Assembly: GCA_050951805.1 (NCBI GenBank) | Contig: JBMNJT010000002.1 | Coordinates: 512,001 to 576,000 of the forward strand | Reading direction: 5' to 3' | Origin: Bacillota bacterium | Lineage (GTDB): Bacteria > Bacillota > DTU025 | DNA: 64,000 nucleotides | Shown here: positions 9,950 through 20,030 of the stretch, in pieces | Layout of the letters: the number at the start of each line of letters is the position of its first letter | Position numbering within the stretch: the first letter of the stretch is position 1 | Notes under the pieces: model-generated | The model's input: the letters and a program-made list of their open reading frames with translations, nothing else | The model's database searches: none | Told to the model about the DNA's origin: nothing | Made by a program: the position numbers and the translations under genes

Positions 9950-12900
9950 TCCTCTCCCATGTTCGATTGGCGCATCGCCAGCTCCAAAGAGAGTGGGGCA
10001 TGTGGATCGAAGCTTGCGTTCGTGGCCTTCACCCCTATGGCCTGCATCTGCTGGGATCGCACCACGGGATACTTCGATTCGGCGAGGACCTTGCCGCTTT
10101 GGGTTAGCCGGACCACGACATTTTGGTGTGTGCCTCGTGATCTGAAGTAGATCGTGAAGGCTTCATTTGCCATTTCGGCGTCGATGAATTGGGGAACGGA
10201 ATAGAGGAGATCGTCAGAGGGGCATACATGGGTTATCTGGCCAATTCTTCGCTCTCCTTGGGCGTATTGGGCGGCACTCAGCCCGGCCACTCTGCCGCTT
10301 TGTGTTACGTAATCGACGAGGTCGTGAACGTGAACGCAGTTGCCGCAGGCAAAGAGTCCTGGAATAGTGGTTTGGAACGTCTGATCAACCTTGGGACCGC
10401 GAGTTGTGTTGGAAATTTCGGCTCCCAGCGTTTCGGCCAGCTCGTTTTCGGGAATCAATCCAACTGCGACGATGACGCAGTCGCATTCGATTCTTTGCTC
10501 TGTCCCGACGATCGGCTTCATTTCGCCGTCAACTTGGGCGATCTCTATCGCCTCAACGCGTTCGTCGCCGAAAACCTTTGTTACGGTCTGAGAGAGATAA
10601 AGAGGGATGCCGAAGTCATCTAGGCATTGGGAGATGTTCCGGGGAAGGCCAGTCGGCTCTGATTTGGCTTCATAAACAGCCACCACCGTGGCACCCTCCA
10701 GTGTCAGTCTGCGAGCCATTATGAGGCCCACATCGCCGCTTCCAAGTATTACGCACCTGAGGCCGGGCAGCCGCCCTTGCACGTTCACCATATACTGGGC
10801 TGTACCTGCACTGTATATGCCGGCAGGTTTCGTCCCGTGGATGAAGACTTGTCGAGCTGTGCGTTCTCTGCACCCTGTGGCTAGGACCAATGCCTTCGAT
10901 TCAATGTTGAATATTCCGTCCCGGTTTTCCACAGTAAGTGCAAAATTGCGGCCTTCCGAGGGCCTGAAGTTATCTGGTTTGCGTCCATCTCCATTGCGGG
11001 CTACATCGAGCACGAACGTTTGCGTGTAACATGTAATGTCCCGCTGGGCTGCCTGCGACATGAAGCGTTCGGCGTACTCTGGGCCAGTCAGATGCGTGTT
11101 GAACTCGATCGTTCCGAAGCCGTCGTGGACGCATTGCTTTAGGATGCCGCCGAGGCGCGCTTCGCGTTCTATGAGTCCGACTTTGGCGCCTGCGTCATGT
11201 GCGGCAATGGCTGCAGCGAGCCCGGCCGGCCCTCCTCCGATGATCACTACGTCATACGCTCCCAAAGCCTGTGGAGTGCAGTCTTCATCGTTTGTCGCAG
11301 AGAGCACTTCCGCATGCCCGATCGGTGCGTTTCTGCGGGGATTGACACTGATTGCCTCCTCCAGTTCCGGGCGTGTGGGACCGGATATCAGATACGAGGC
11401 TCCGCCCTTTTTGGTGAACTTATCTGGGGCGATCCCCGTTTCATCGCAGGCGATATCGAGTACCAGGGGGGTGCAGAATCCGCCCTGACACCGTCCCATG
11501 CCAGTCCTGACCCTCCGCTTTAACCCGTCAAGGGTTGTGGGGGGAACAGGAGAGCGAAGCGCGGCCCGAATCTCGCCTTCCGTGATAACCTCGCATCTGC
11601 ATACAACCCTGCCGTAATCCGGGTTTGCCTTGATAATTCTCTGGCGTTCTTCCAGCGGGAGTTGGGCGAAATCAGGGGGGACGTTCCTGCGAGGGTTGAA
11701 CTTGGCGTTGGGCCTGACTTCGACTTCATGCGTCTCTTTGAGCACATCGATGCACATCGATGCAACCTCATGCGCGATGGCAGGCGATGAGGTTAGGCCT
11801 GGCGACTGTATTCCTGCTGCATGCACCAGGTTGCGCACGCGTTCTGACCGTTCGATGACGAAGTCTTCCTCATATGTTGCTGCCCTCGTGCCGGCAAAAT
11901 AGGTGATCACATCAGATGCTGATATTCCGTTGATGAATCTTTGTTGCTTTTTGACGAGGTTCTCGGTTCGTTCCGCTGTAGTCGCGTAATGTTCGCGATA
12001 GGGCAATTCGACGGCATCGGGCCCAATCAGGATGTTGCCATCGATGGTGGGAATCACGCCACCGCCCTTGGTGTCAGTGCGCGCCTGATAGACAGGGGGC
12101 ATGGAGAGGGTGGATCTTGCCAGGTTGCCTTTCTTCTTGTCGAGGATCAGCATTTCGCCATGCCTAGGATGGATTGTGAAGAACATGTCGCCTGCGGCCT
12201 CGGCAACCGTGTCCGCCCATAGCCCGGCGGCGTTCACTACTGCCTTGGGAAAGAGGACACCCCGATTGGTGACAACTGCCAGAATCCTTCCGTGTTCAAC
12301 GATGAATGATTCTGCCATGGTGTTTAGCCAGACGGTAGCGCCGTTTTCAACTGCATTTTCAGCAAATGCTATTGTGAGCATGAAAGGGTCTATGATTCCG
12401 CTTTGCGGCATGAAGAAGGCGCCTCCGATGTCGTCCCTGACGTTAGGCTCCATGGATTGTAGTTCGGCTGGGGGCACAAATCTGATCTCACCTGCGCGGT
12501 TTCGTCGCGCCCTGTTGGCGAGAACGGGATAAGCGATTCCATATATTCGCCGTTCTACGATTATCGTCATGCCGTTGTATCTGAAAGGGACACCTAGTTC
12601 ATCCGCGATGGCCGGGATCATCGGATTCCCCAATGAGTTGAATTGCGCTTTCTTCGAACCGGGGGAGGGCGCCAGGGCCGGATGGATCATGCCGGCGTTT
12701 CTGCCGCTCTGATGCATGGCGAGGTCGGCTTCTTTTTCTATGAGACATGCTCGAATATCCCACCTGGAGAGCTCTCTTAAGATTGCGGTGCCGATCACTC
12801 CGCCGCCGATAACAAGAACGTCCATGCGCTCTCCTTCCAGGGACGCGTCTCGAATGGAAGGCGCTTTGGGGCCGGGCATGGCCAGAATTCCATCGCAAGT

Positions 12901-13077
12901 CAGGCGGTTGACTACACCCTTGTAGCCTAGCTTTGCTCCGCTTTTGCCGGCAGCAACAACATGATCCCATGTGGGCACATTTCCTTCCAGGACTATGGCG
13001 CTGTCTTTTTCGTAGCATGAGATGTCGCGATTGAGCTTCTTGGCAAGCGACTTTTCGAGAGAAGACGCTTTCGACAT
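9946..13077 (-). CDS. Fusion of a BON-like domain, a GlpA/LhgO-like FAD dehydrogenase with BFD-type [2Fe-2S], and an NAD(P)/FAD oxidoreductase
   Basis: N-terminal IVLEGNV..W..VV.AG......GYKGVVNRL; GGGVIG FAD motif; CRCE...RTGMGRCQGGFC; second GGGPAG domain with QCVHDGFG and GSGDVG. Alternative GTG start at 13089. Confidence 0.9.
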   Translation of the reverse strand: MSKASSLEKSLAKKLNRDISCYEKDSAIVLEGNVPTWDHVVAAGKSGAKLGYKGVVNRLTCDGILAMPGPKAPSIRDASLEGERMDVLVIGGGVIGTAILRELSRWDIRACLIEKEADLAMHQSGRNAGMIHPALAPSPGSKKAQFNSLGNPMIPAIADELGVPFRYNGMTIIVERRIYGIAYPVLANRARRNRAGEIRFVPPAELQSMEPNVRDDIGGAFFMPQSGIIDPFMLTIAFAENAVENGATVWLNTMAESFIVEHGRILAVVTNRGVLFPKAVVNAAGLWADTVAEAAGDMFFTIHPRHGEMLILDKKKGNLARSTLSMPPVYQARTDTKGGGVIPTIDGNILIGPDAVELPYREHYATTAERTENLVKKQQRFINGISASDVITYFAGTRAATYEEDFVIERSERVRNLVHAAGIQSPGLTSSPAIAHEVASMCIDVLKETHEVEVRPNAKFNPRRNVPPDFAQLPLEERQRIIKANPDYGRVVCRCEVITEGEIRAALRSPVPPTTLDGLKRRVRTGMGRCQGGFCTPLVLDIACDETGIAPDKFTKKGGASYLISGPTRPELEEAISVNPRRNAPIGHAEVLSATNDEDCTPQALGAYDVVIIGGGPAGLAAAIAAHDAGAKVGLIEREARLGGILKQCVHDGFGTIEFNTHLTGPEYAERFMSQAAQRDITCYTQTFVLDVARNGDGRKPDNFRPSEGRNFALTVENRDGIFNIESKALVLATGCRERTARQVFIHGTKPAGIYSAGTAQYMVNVQGRLPGLRCVILGSGDVGLIMARRLTLEGATVVAVYEAKSEPTGLPRNISQCLDDFGIPLYLSQTVTKVFGDERVEAIEIAQVDGEMKPIVGTEQRIECDCVIVAVGLIPENELAETLGAEISNTTRGPKVDQTFQTTIPGLFACGNCVHVHDLVDYVTQSGRVAGLSAAQYAQGERRIGQITHVCPSDDLLYSVPQFIDAEMANEAFTIYFRSRGTHQNVVVRLTQSGKVLAESKYPVVRSQQMQAIGVKATNASFDPHAPLSLELAMRQSNMGEE

Positions 13078-13187
13078 GATACTCACCACTCGATAATTAA
13101 TGGGGAGAGCACTGTTTTGCTAAGACTCGGGCATAAGCCTTTGCAGACTGTGGGCAGGGCCCAACAAATTGGTACTAATAATACGGA

Positions 13188-13229
13188 TGTACGTACCTTA
13201 ACACTACTACTTATGGACTCATGTGTCAA
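13188..13229 (-). promoter_or_regulatory. SigA-like promoter of the leftward operon with a candidate GntR (HutC-type) operator
   Basis: Minus strand TTGACA (13229-13224)-N17-TAGTGT; palindrome GTACGTAC at 13189-13196 just downstream. Confidence 0.55.
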
Positions 13230-13607
13230 CTCTGGACTGAATTGGAATGCATGGATAAATAGTCTCATGGGAGTGGGCATCCTGTTTGCCAGCTTAAAGC
13301 GGAATATCTATTAAAGCTAGCAAGTTCCGTCGATGGCCAATGGCGGATGGGGATGATGACGGGATTGGCCATGAAAGTGGGCTATGCTGATTTGCTCGGA
13401 GCATCATCTGTAAGATGCTGAATGAATCGGCTTTTGACGCGGTTGGGCCTCTTGGGGATTGTGAAGGCACGTGGCATGATACGATATTCTGTTTTTGGGG
13501 ATAACCTGTCGTGTATAGAGGATTTTTGGCCCTTTGGGTAGAAAAGCAGGTGGGCATGTGTTATTATACTGTCGTAGTCGGAAAAGGGAAAAGGGATCAT
13601 GTTAAAT

Positions 13608-13683
13608 AGGACGGAGATTTGGAGAGTCCTACAGCGGGACGGAGCTTACATGGCTTCTGCTCGATGAAGGGCTTTTCTTTTTG
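13608..13683 (+). promoter_or_regulatory. GlpP-type antitermination leader / attenuator of glpK
   Basis: GGACGGAGATTTGGAGAG precedes a long hairpin (AGAGTCCT...AGGGCTTT) followed by a T-tract. It lies between a TATACT -10-like box (13565) and glpK. Confidence 0.6.
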
Positions 13684-13692
13684 CTCGCTTAG

Positions 13693-15261
<1,569 letters not shown>

Positions 15262-15286
15262 GGTGGGAAATCTAGGGGGTAACGAT

Positions 15287-16807
15287 ATGGCGGCAACGAA
15301 ACGGATTACAGCAGATGTTGTTGTTATCGGCGCGGGCATTGTAGGCACTGCCATAGCCCGCGAGCTTTCCAAATATGAGTTGAGTGTTGTGTTGGTTGAG
15401 AAAGAGGCAGATGTGGCCTTTGGCACCACCAAGGCCAATACGGCCCTTGTTCATGCTGGTTATGACGCAGATCCAGGGACTTTGAAGGCCAAGCTGAACG
15501 TGGCCGGCAATGCTCTTTATCCAAAGATCACTCAGGAACTAGGGGTTCTCTACAAGAACACCGGCTCGTTGGTGGTAGCCCTTGACGAAGATCAGATGCT
15601 TCACATTCACGAGCTCAAGATTAGGGGAGAGAAGAATGGTGTGCCTAGGCTCGAGGTCATTCCTGCGGAGCGGTTGCTCGAGCTTGAGCCGCATGTGAAT
15701 CCGGATGCGGTTGGCGCGCTCTGGGCTCCCACAGGCGGTATAACCTGCCCGTGGGAGTTGGCCATTGCCTATACAGAAAACGCGGTCCTCAATGGGGCAC
15801 GGGTATTGCTAAGTTCGCCGGTGATTGGCATAGATGTGCACGAGGGGCGCGTTACGACAGTCCATTGCCCCAATATCTCTATAGATGCGAGGTTCGTCGT
15901 GAACGCCGCTGGAGTTTGGGCTGATGACATAGAGAGGATGGCAGGCCGGGATGACTTCGAAGTCACACCCAGACGGGGAGAATACTACCTCTTTGACAAG
16001 AGGGCTTCTCGTATCGTTGCACGGCCGCTTTTCCCAGTGCCTACGCCGTTCTCCAAAGGGATCGTGGTTGCCCCTACAGTCGACGGGAACCTGCTTGCCG
16101 GACCCAATTCAGTTTTGACAGGCAGGAAAGATGATTATGCCACAACAGCTCCGGGCCTGGCTGAGGTTTTGGAAGGTGCTAGGAAGCTCATTCCTGACCT
16201 TCCAGTGAGGGAGGCCATTACCAATTTTGCCGGACTTCGCGCAGTAGCCGAACCGGGTGGAGACTTCATCATAGGAGTGTCGCCCGGTTTGTCAAACTTC
16301 ATAAATGCAGCAGGCATACAGTCTCCCGGACTTACGGCGGCGCCTGCCATAGCGGAGATGGTCCGCGATATACTGTCAGACGCCGGCTTGGAGTTGATGG
16401 AGAAGCCCGATTTCGATCCCATTCGCAAGCGTCCGCTCCGATTTACCGAATTGACCCGAGAAGAACAGGCTCGGATGGTGGCGGAGGATCCGAAATGGGG
16501 CCACATCATATGCAGGTGTGAGACTGTGACCGAGGCCGAGATAGTGGCGGCTTTGCACTCGCCGGTTCCTTGCACCACAGTTGACGGGGTGAAGTTCCGC
16601 ACTCGCGCTGGTGCAGGAAGGTGCCAGGGGGGCTTTTGCGGGCCGAGGGTAGTTGCGATCATCGCACGCGAGCTAGGCATTCCTGTGGAGAAAGTAACTA
16701 AAAAGGGCGGCAAATCCCGTATCGTGATGGGACCTAGCAAGGAGCCGCTCCTTGAATGCTCGTGCAGCGTAGAGGGCACGGAGAAGGAGGTCGGCGACGA
16801 TGTCTAG
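15287..16807 (+). CDS. GlpA/LhgO-like FAD-dependent glycerol-3-phosphate dehydrogenase with BFD [2Fe-2S]
   Basis: GAGIVG, GTTKANTALVHAGYD, GIQSPGLT, CRCE...RAGAGRCQGGFC; directly follows glpK. Confidence 0.88.
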   Translation: MAATKRITADVVVIGAGIVGTAIARELSKYELSVVLVEKEADVAFGTTKANTALVHAGYDADPGTLKAKLNVAGNALYPKITQELGVLYKNTGSLVVALDEDQMLHIHELKIRGEKNGVPRLEVIPAERLLELEPHVNPDAVGALWAPTGGITCPWELAIAYTENAVLNGARVLLSSPVIGIDVHEGRVTTVHCPNISIDARFVVNAAGVWADDIERMAGRDDFEVTPRRGEYYLFDKRASRIVARPLFPVPTPFSKGIVVAPTVDGNLLAGPNSVLTGRKDDYATTAPGLAEVLEGARKLIPDLPVREAITNFAGLRAVAEPGGDFIIGVSPGLSNFINAAGIQSPGLTAAPAIAEMVRDILSDAGLELMEKPDFDPIRKRPLRFTELTREEQARMVAEDPKWGHIICRCETVTEAEIVAALHSPVPCTTVDGVKFRTRAGAGRCQGGFCGPRVVAIIARELGIPVEKVTKKGGKSRIVMGPSKEPLLECSCSVEGTEKEVGDDV

Positions 16808-18152
16808 GATAGAATGCGATGTGGCGGTGATAGGTGCAGGACCGGCTGGTCTGGCGGCTGCGGAGCGGGCGAAACAGTCGGGCGCCGGCCGTGTGATTCT
16901 GTTGGACCGTGATCGCGAGTTGGGCGGAATACTGAATCAGTGCATACACAATGGATTTGGGCTCCAGTTGCTGGCGCAGGAGCTTACAGGGCCGGAGTAT
17001 GCGGAGCATTTTATCAACAAGACATTCGATTCTGGAGTAGAGACGATGCTCGATACCATGGTCTTGGATGTAACACGCGACAGACAGATAATCGCGATCA
17101 ACAGCGACGAAGGGCTGATGAGGATAGATGCGGAGGCAATCATACTGGCTATGGGCGCTAGGGAGCGCAACCGTGGGGCAGTAACTATCCCCGGAACGCG
17201 GCCCGCGGGAGTTTTCACTGCCGGGGCGGCGCAGCGATTCATCAACATGGAGGGATACATGCCTGGCAGGCGCGTCGTGATTCTAGGGTCAGGAGATATA
17301 GGCCTGATCATGGCGAGGCGTATGACGTGGGAAGGCGCCAAAGTCGAGGCGGTTCTCGAGATACTGCCTTTTCCTTCAGGCTTGACGAGAAACATAGTCC
17401 AATGCCTGGATGACCAGGGGATTCCGCTTTACCTGAGCCACACTGTTATCTCCGTGAAAGGAGAGGAGAGGGTCGAAGGTGTGACCGTGGCCAGGGTGGA
17501 CGAAAACCTCAAGCCGGTGCCCGGCTCCGAATGGGACATCGAATGCGACACGCTTCTGCTTTCGATCGGGCTGATACCCGAAAACGAACTGAGCCGTGAG
17601 GCCGGCGTAGAGCTGGATGCGGTCACTGGAGGACCTGTTGTAACAGATGAGATGGAGACATCAGTTCCGGGTATCTTTGCATGCGGCAATGTAGTGCACA
17701 TCCATGACCTGGTCGATAATGTTACCAGGGAGGCCTGGGCAGCCGGTGAGGGTGCGGCAAGGCTCGTGACCGGGAAGCAGCCGCGAGGTGCCACAATTCG
17801 CACTCGCGCCGGAGACGGGATAAGGTATGTGGTTCCACACGTAGTCCATGTGCAAAACCTCGCTGATCGCGACGTGCGTCTCTTCATGCGGGCAACGCAT
17901 CCTGCGGAGAACGTGAGGGTGGAGGTTGTGGTCGGCGACAATGTGTTGTTCAGCAAGTTCGAGCGTGTCGTGCGTCCTGCGGAGATGCTGGCCCTTACTA
18001 TACCAGCTGGAAGAATCTCTGAGGAGGCAATAGCCAGTGCGAGCCTGGCCGATGCGGGCCGGCGGGGAGAAGAAGGCTCGAAAAACGGTCCTGAACTTGT
18101 GGTGCGCGTAACACCGCGTGACGTTCATAAGAGAGGAGGAGTACAGGCATGA
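16800..18152 (+). CDS. NAD(P)/FAD-dependent oxidoreductase, partner subunit of the G3P dehydrogenase
   Basis: GAGPAG, QCIHNGFG..LTGPEYA, GSGDIGLIMARR; overlaps the previous stop. Confidence 0.9.
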   Translation: MSRIECDVAVIGAGPAGLAAAERAKQSGAGRVILLDRDRELGGILNQCIHNGFGLQLLAQELTGPEYAEHFINKTFDSGVETMLDTMVLDVTRDRQIIAINSDEGLMRIDAEAIILAMGARERNRGAVTIPGTRPAGVFTAGAAQRFINMEGYMPGRRVVILGSGDIGLIMARRMTWEGAKVEAVLEILPFPSGLTRNIVQCLDDQGIPLYLSHTVISVKGEERVEGVTVARVDENLKPVPGSEWDIECDTLLLSIGLIPENELSREAGVELDAVTGGPVVTDEMETSVPGIFACGNVVHIHDLVDNVTREAWAAGEGAARLVTGKQPRGATIRTRAGDGIRYVVPHVVHVQNLADRDVRLFMRATHPAENVRVEVVVGDNVLFSKFERVVRPAEMLALTIPAGRISEEAIASASLADAGRRGEEGSKNGPELVVRVTPRDVHKRGGVQA

Positions 18153-18613
18153 GTGCAGAGATGGACACGGCCGTCATTACTGCCAAGACAAAGGAAATCA
18201 GGGAGCTTACATGCATTGTATGTCCTGTCGGTTGCAGTCTGCAAGCCACTATTGAGGATGGCAATGTCCTAGACGTTGAGGGCAATTCCTGTAAGCGCGG
18301 GCGTGAGTACGCAGTGGATGAGCTGTGCGCCCCGAAAAGGACTGTTACTTCCACGGTGAGGGTGGAAGGCGGGTTTCTTCCCCTCGTGCCTGTGCGCACT
18401 GCTGCGCCGATTCCCAAGGAAAAGATCGATCAGGCTCTGTTCGAGGTCGCAAAGGCTACCTTGGAGGCGCCTGTAAGAATCCATCAGGTTATCATTGCAG
18501 ACGTGGCAGGCACCGGCGTTGACGTGATTGCCAGCAGATCCATGCCGAAAACTGTTGGCACATACCCGGCTTCTGGTGCCAAGACGGTTCTGGTTCACGA
18601 TGCATGCGTGTAA
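18149..18613 (+). CDS. DUF1667 Cys-rich small subunit
   Basis: CIVCPVGC...GNSCKRG..YA..E...PKR; ATGA overlap. Confidence 0.88.
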   Translation: MSAEMDTAVITAKTKEIRELTCIVCPVGCSLQATIEDGNVLDVEGNSCKRGREYAVDELCAPKRTVTSTVRVEGGFLPLVPVRTAAPIPKEKIDQALFEVAKATLEAPVRIHQVIIADVAGTGVDVIASRSMPKTVGTYPASGAKTVLVHDACV

Positions 18614-19586
18614 CTTGGCATTGGCGCGGTCTTGTGCCGCGCCTGATTTCATGCCTGAATACCTGCCTTTTTCCTGAAGCTATTTGCGTAGTATGCGGGA
18701 TATAGTAGGCAACGGCTGCTCTTCAGTCTACCAAAACGAGCCATGTGGTCGCGTAAGGCCCTCGCAGTTTTTGTCGTTCCTGTCATTGCTGTAGGGGTTA
18801 TGCCTGTCGTGGCGTCTTGGGATGCACTGGCTAGCGGGGGCGAGATATATTCGTAGCGGAGCTTGAAGAGGCCGGCTGTCCTACACGTGAGGCTGCCAAT
18901 TTCTTAAAGCTGATCGCGATTGCTTTGTTCCGGCAGATGACCGGCGCCTACGATGCGGATCTGATTGCCCATACGTGGGGCACAGCTTCCCACGAGACCT
19001 AGTATTGATATGTATCCCCTCCATTTCCTATCAGGCTGCCCCAACCAGGATGCGCTGGTTCTTCCCATTTCCATGGCTTTCCTCGGTGACAAGACTAGCA
19101 GCATCTTTGTGTCCACGCATTCCCTGACGATCTCCTGACCAACGGAAATCGGGTTTCTTTTGTGGGTACACGGGCCTGCTGGGTTCCCGAACTACCTGTG
19201 AGGATAGAAACCGCTGTCACTCTCCTTTATCTGTGCACGGCAGATGGGTTGGGGGTGTTGTTGAGTGTTGAAGGAGAAATGCGTTTTGCAGGGATATGGC
19301 TGACAAATGCTCTTCTCGGTCGAGTTAACCCCTGATCATTTCCGTTCTCTTGAGCTTGCCGGCAGAAGAAATGTTGCAGGTCTTTATGCGGGAGACAGAT
19401 TCCCGAGCTCCAAGGCTCAGACGGGATGAGGCTCTTGCCACTGTGAGTAGGTGGTCTGCTGAAGCCGAACGGCCTTATACACTGGCGAAGTCACTGCTTA
19501 CTCAGGACGTCGTTCTTTTACAGCAGTTCCGTGCCCGCCTTGAGGGTAAAGTCATGGGAGCAATCGATATAGTAGCTTTTGGAGTA

Positions 19587-19650
19587 TTGACAAACCAGCC
19601 ATTACACCATTAAAATATCCTCAACGATTAAACGATTGCTTAATCGTTGA
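19587..19650 (+). promoter_or_regulatory. Promoter and ArsR/SmtB operator of the metal-efflux operon
   Basis: TTGACA (19587)-N18-TAAAAT (19611); inverted repeat TCAACGATTAA-N8-TTAATCGTTGA at 19621-19650. Confidence 0.8.
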
Positions 19651-19679
19651 ATGGCCAGATGGCTCTGGGGGGTGTCTGT

Positions 19680-20030
19680 ATGGACGAAGTTGAAGGAAGA
19701 ATCCCAGAAGTAGCCGGCATCTCAGAAATATTCCAAATACTTGGCAATGAAACGAGATGCCGAATTCTCTATTTGCTTTCATCCGAGGAGCTTTGCACTT
19801 GTCATATGGCTGAGATGCTCGGCATTACCATGCCTGCAGTATCTCATCATCTGAGACTTCTAAGGGCCCATCGCCTTGTGAAGACGCGGCCAGAAGGCAA
19901 GCATGTATATTATTCTCTTGCTGATGAGCATGTTTTGACACTGATACAGGTGGCCCAGGAGCATTACGAAGAGGAAGGCTTGCTTGGGGCAGAAAGTGGA
20001 GGATGCGGAGATGGCGGGAGAGAATCATAG
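19680..20030 (+). CDS. ArsR/SmtB family metal-sensing repressor
   Basis: FQILGNETRCRIL..L...ELCTCHMA......AVSHHLRLLR...LVK; alpha5 site DEH...EH. Confidence 0.93.
   Translation: MDEVEGRIPEVAGISEIFQILGNETRCRILYLLSSEELCTCHMAEMLGITMPAVSHHLRLLRAHRLVKTRPEGKHVYYSLADEHVLTLIQVAQEHYEEEGLLGAESGGCGDGGRES

Noticed and set aside
18904-19613. Small ORFs between the glycerol and metal operons
   Set aside because: Only a faint GAGHLP hydrolase-like tail; too weak to call.
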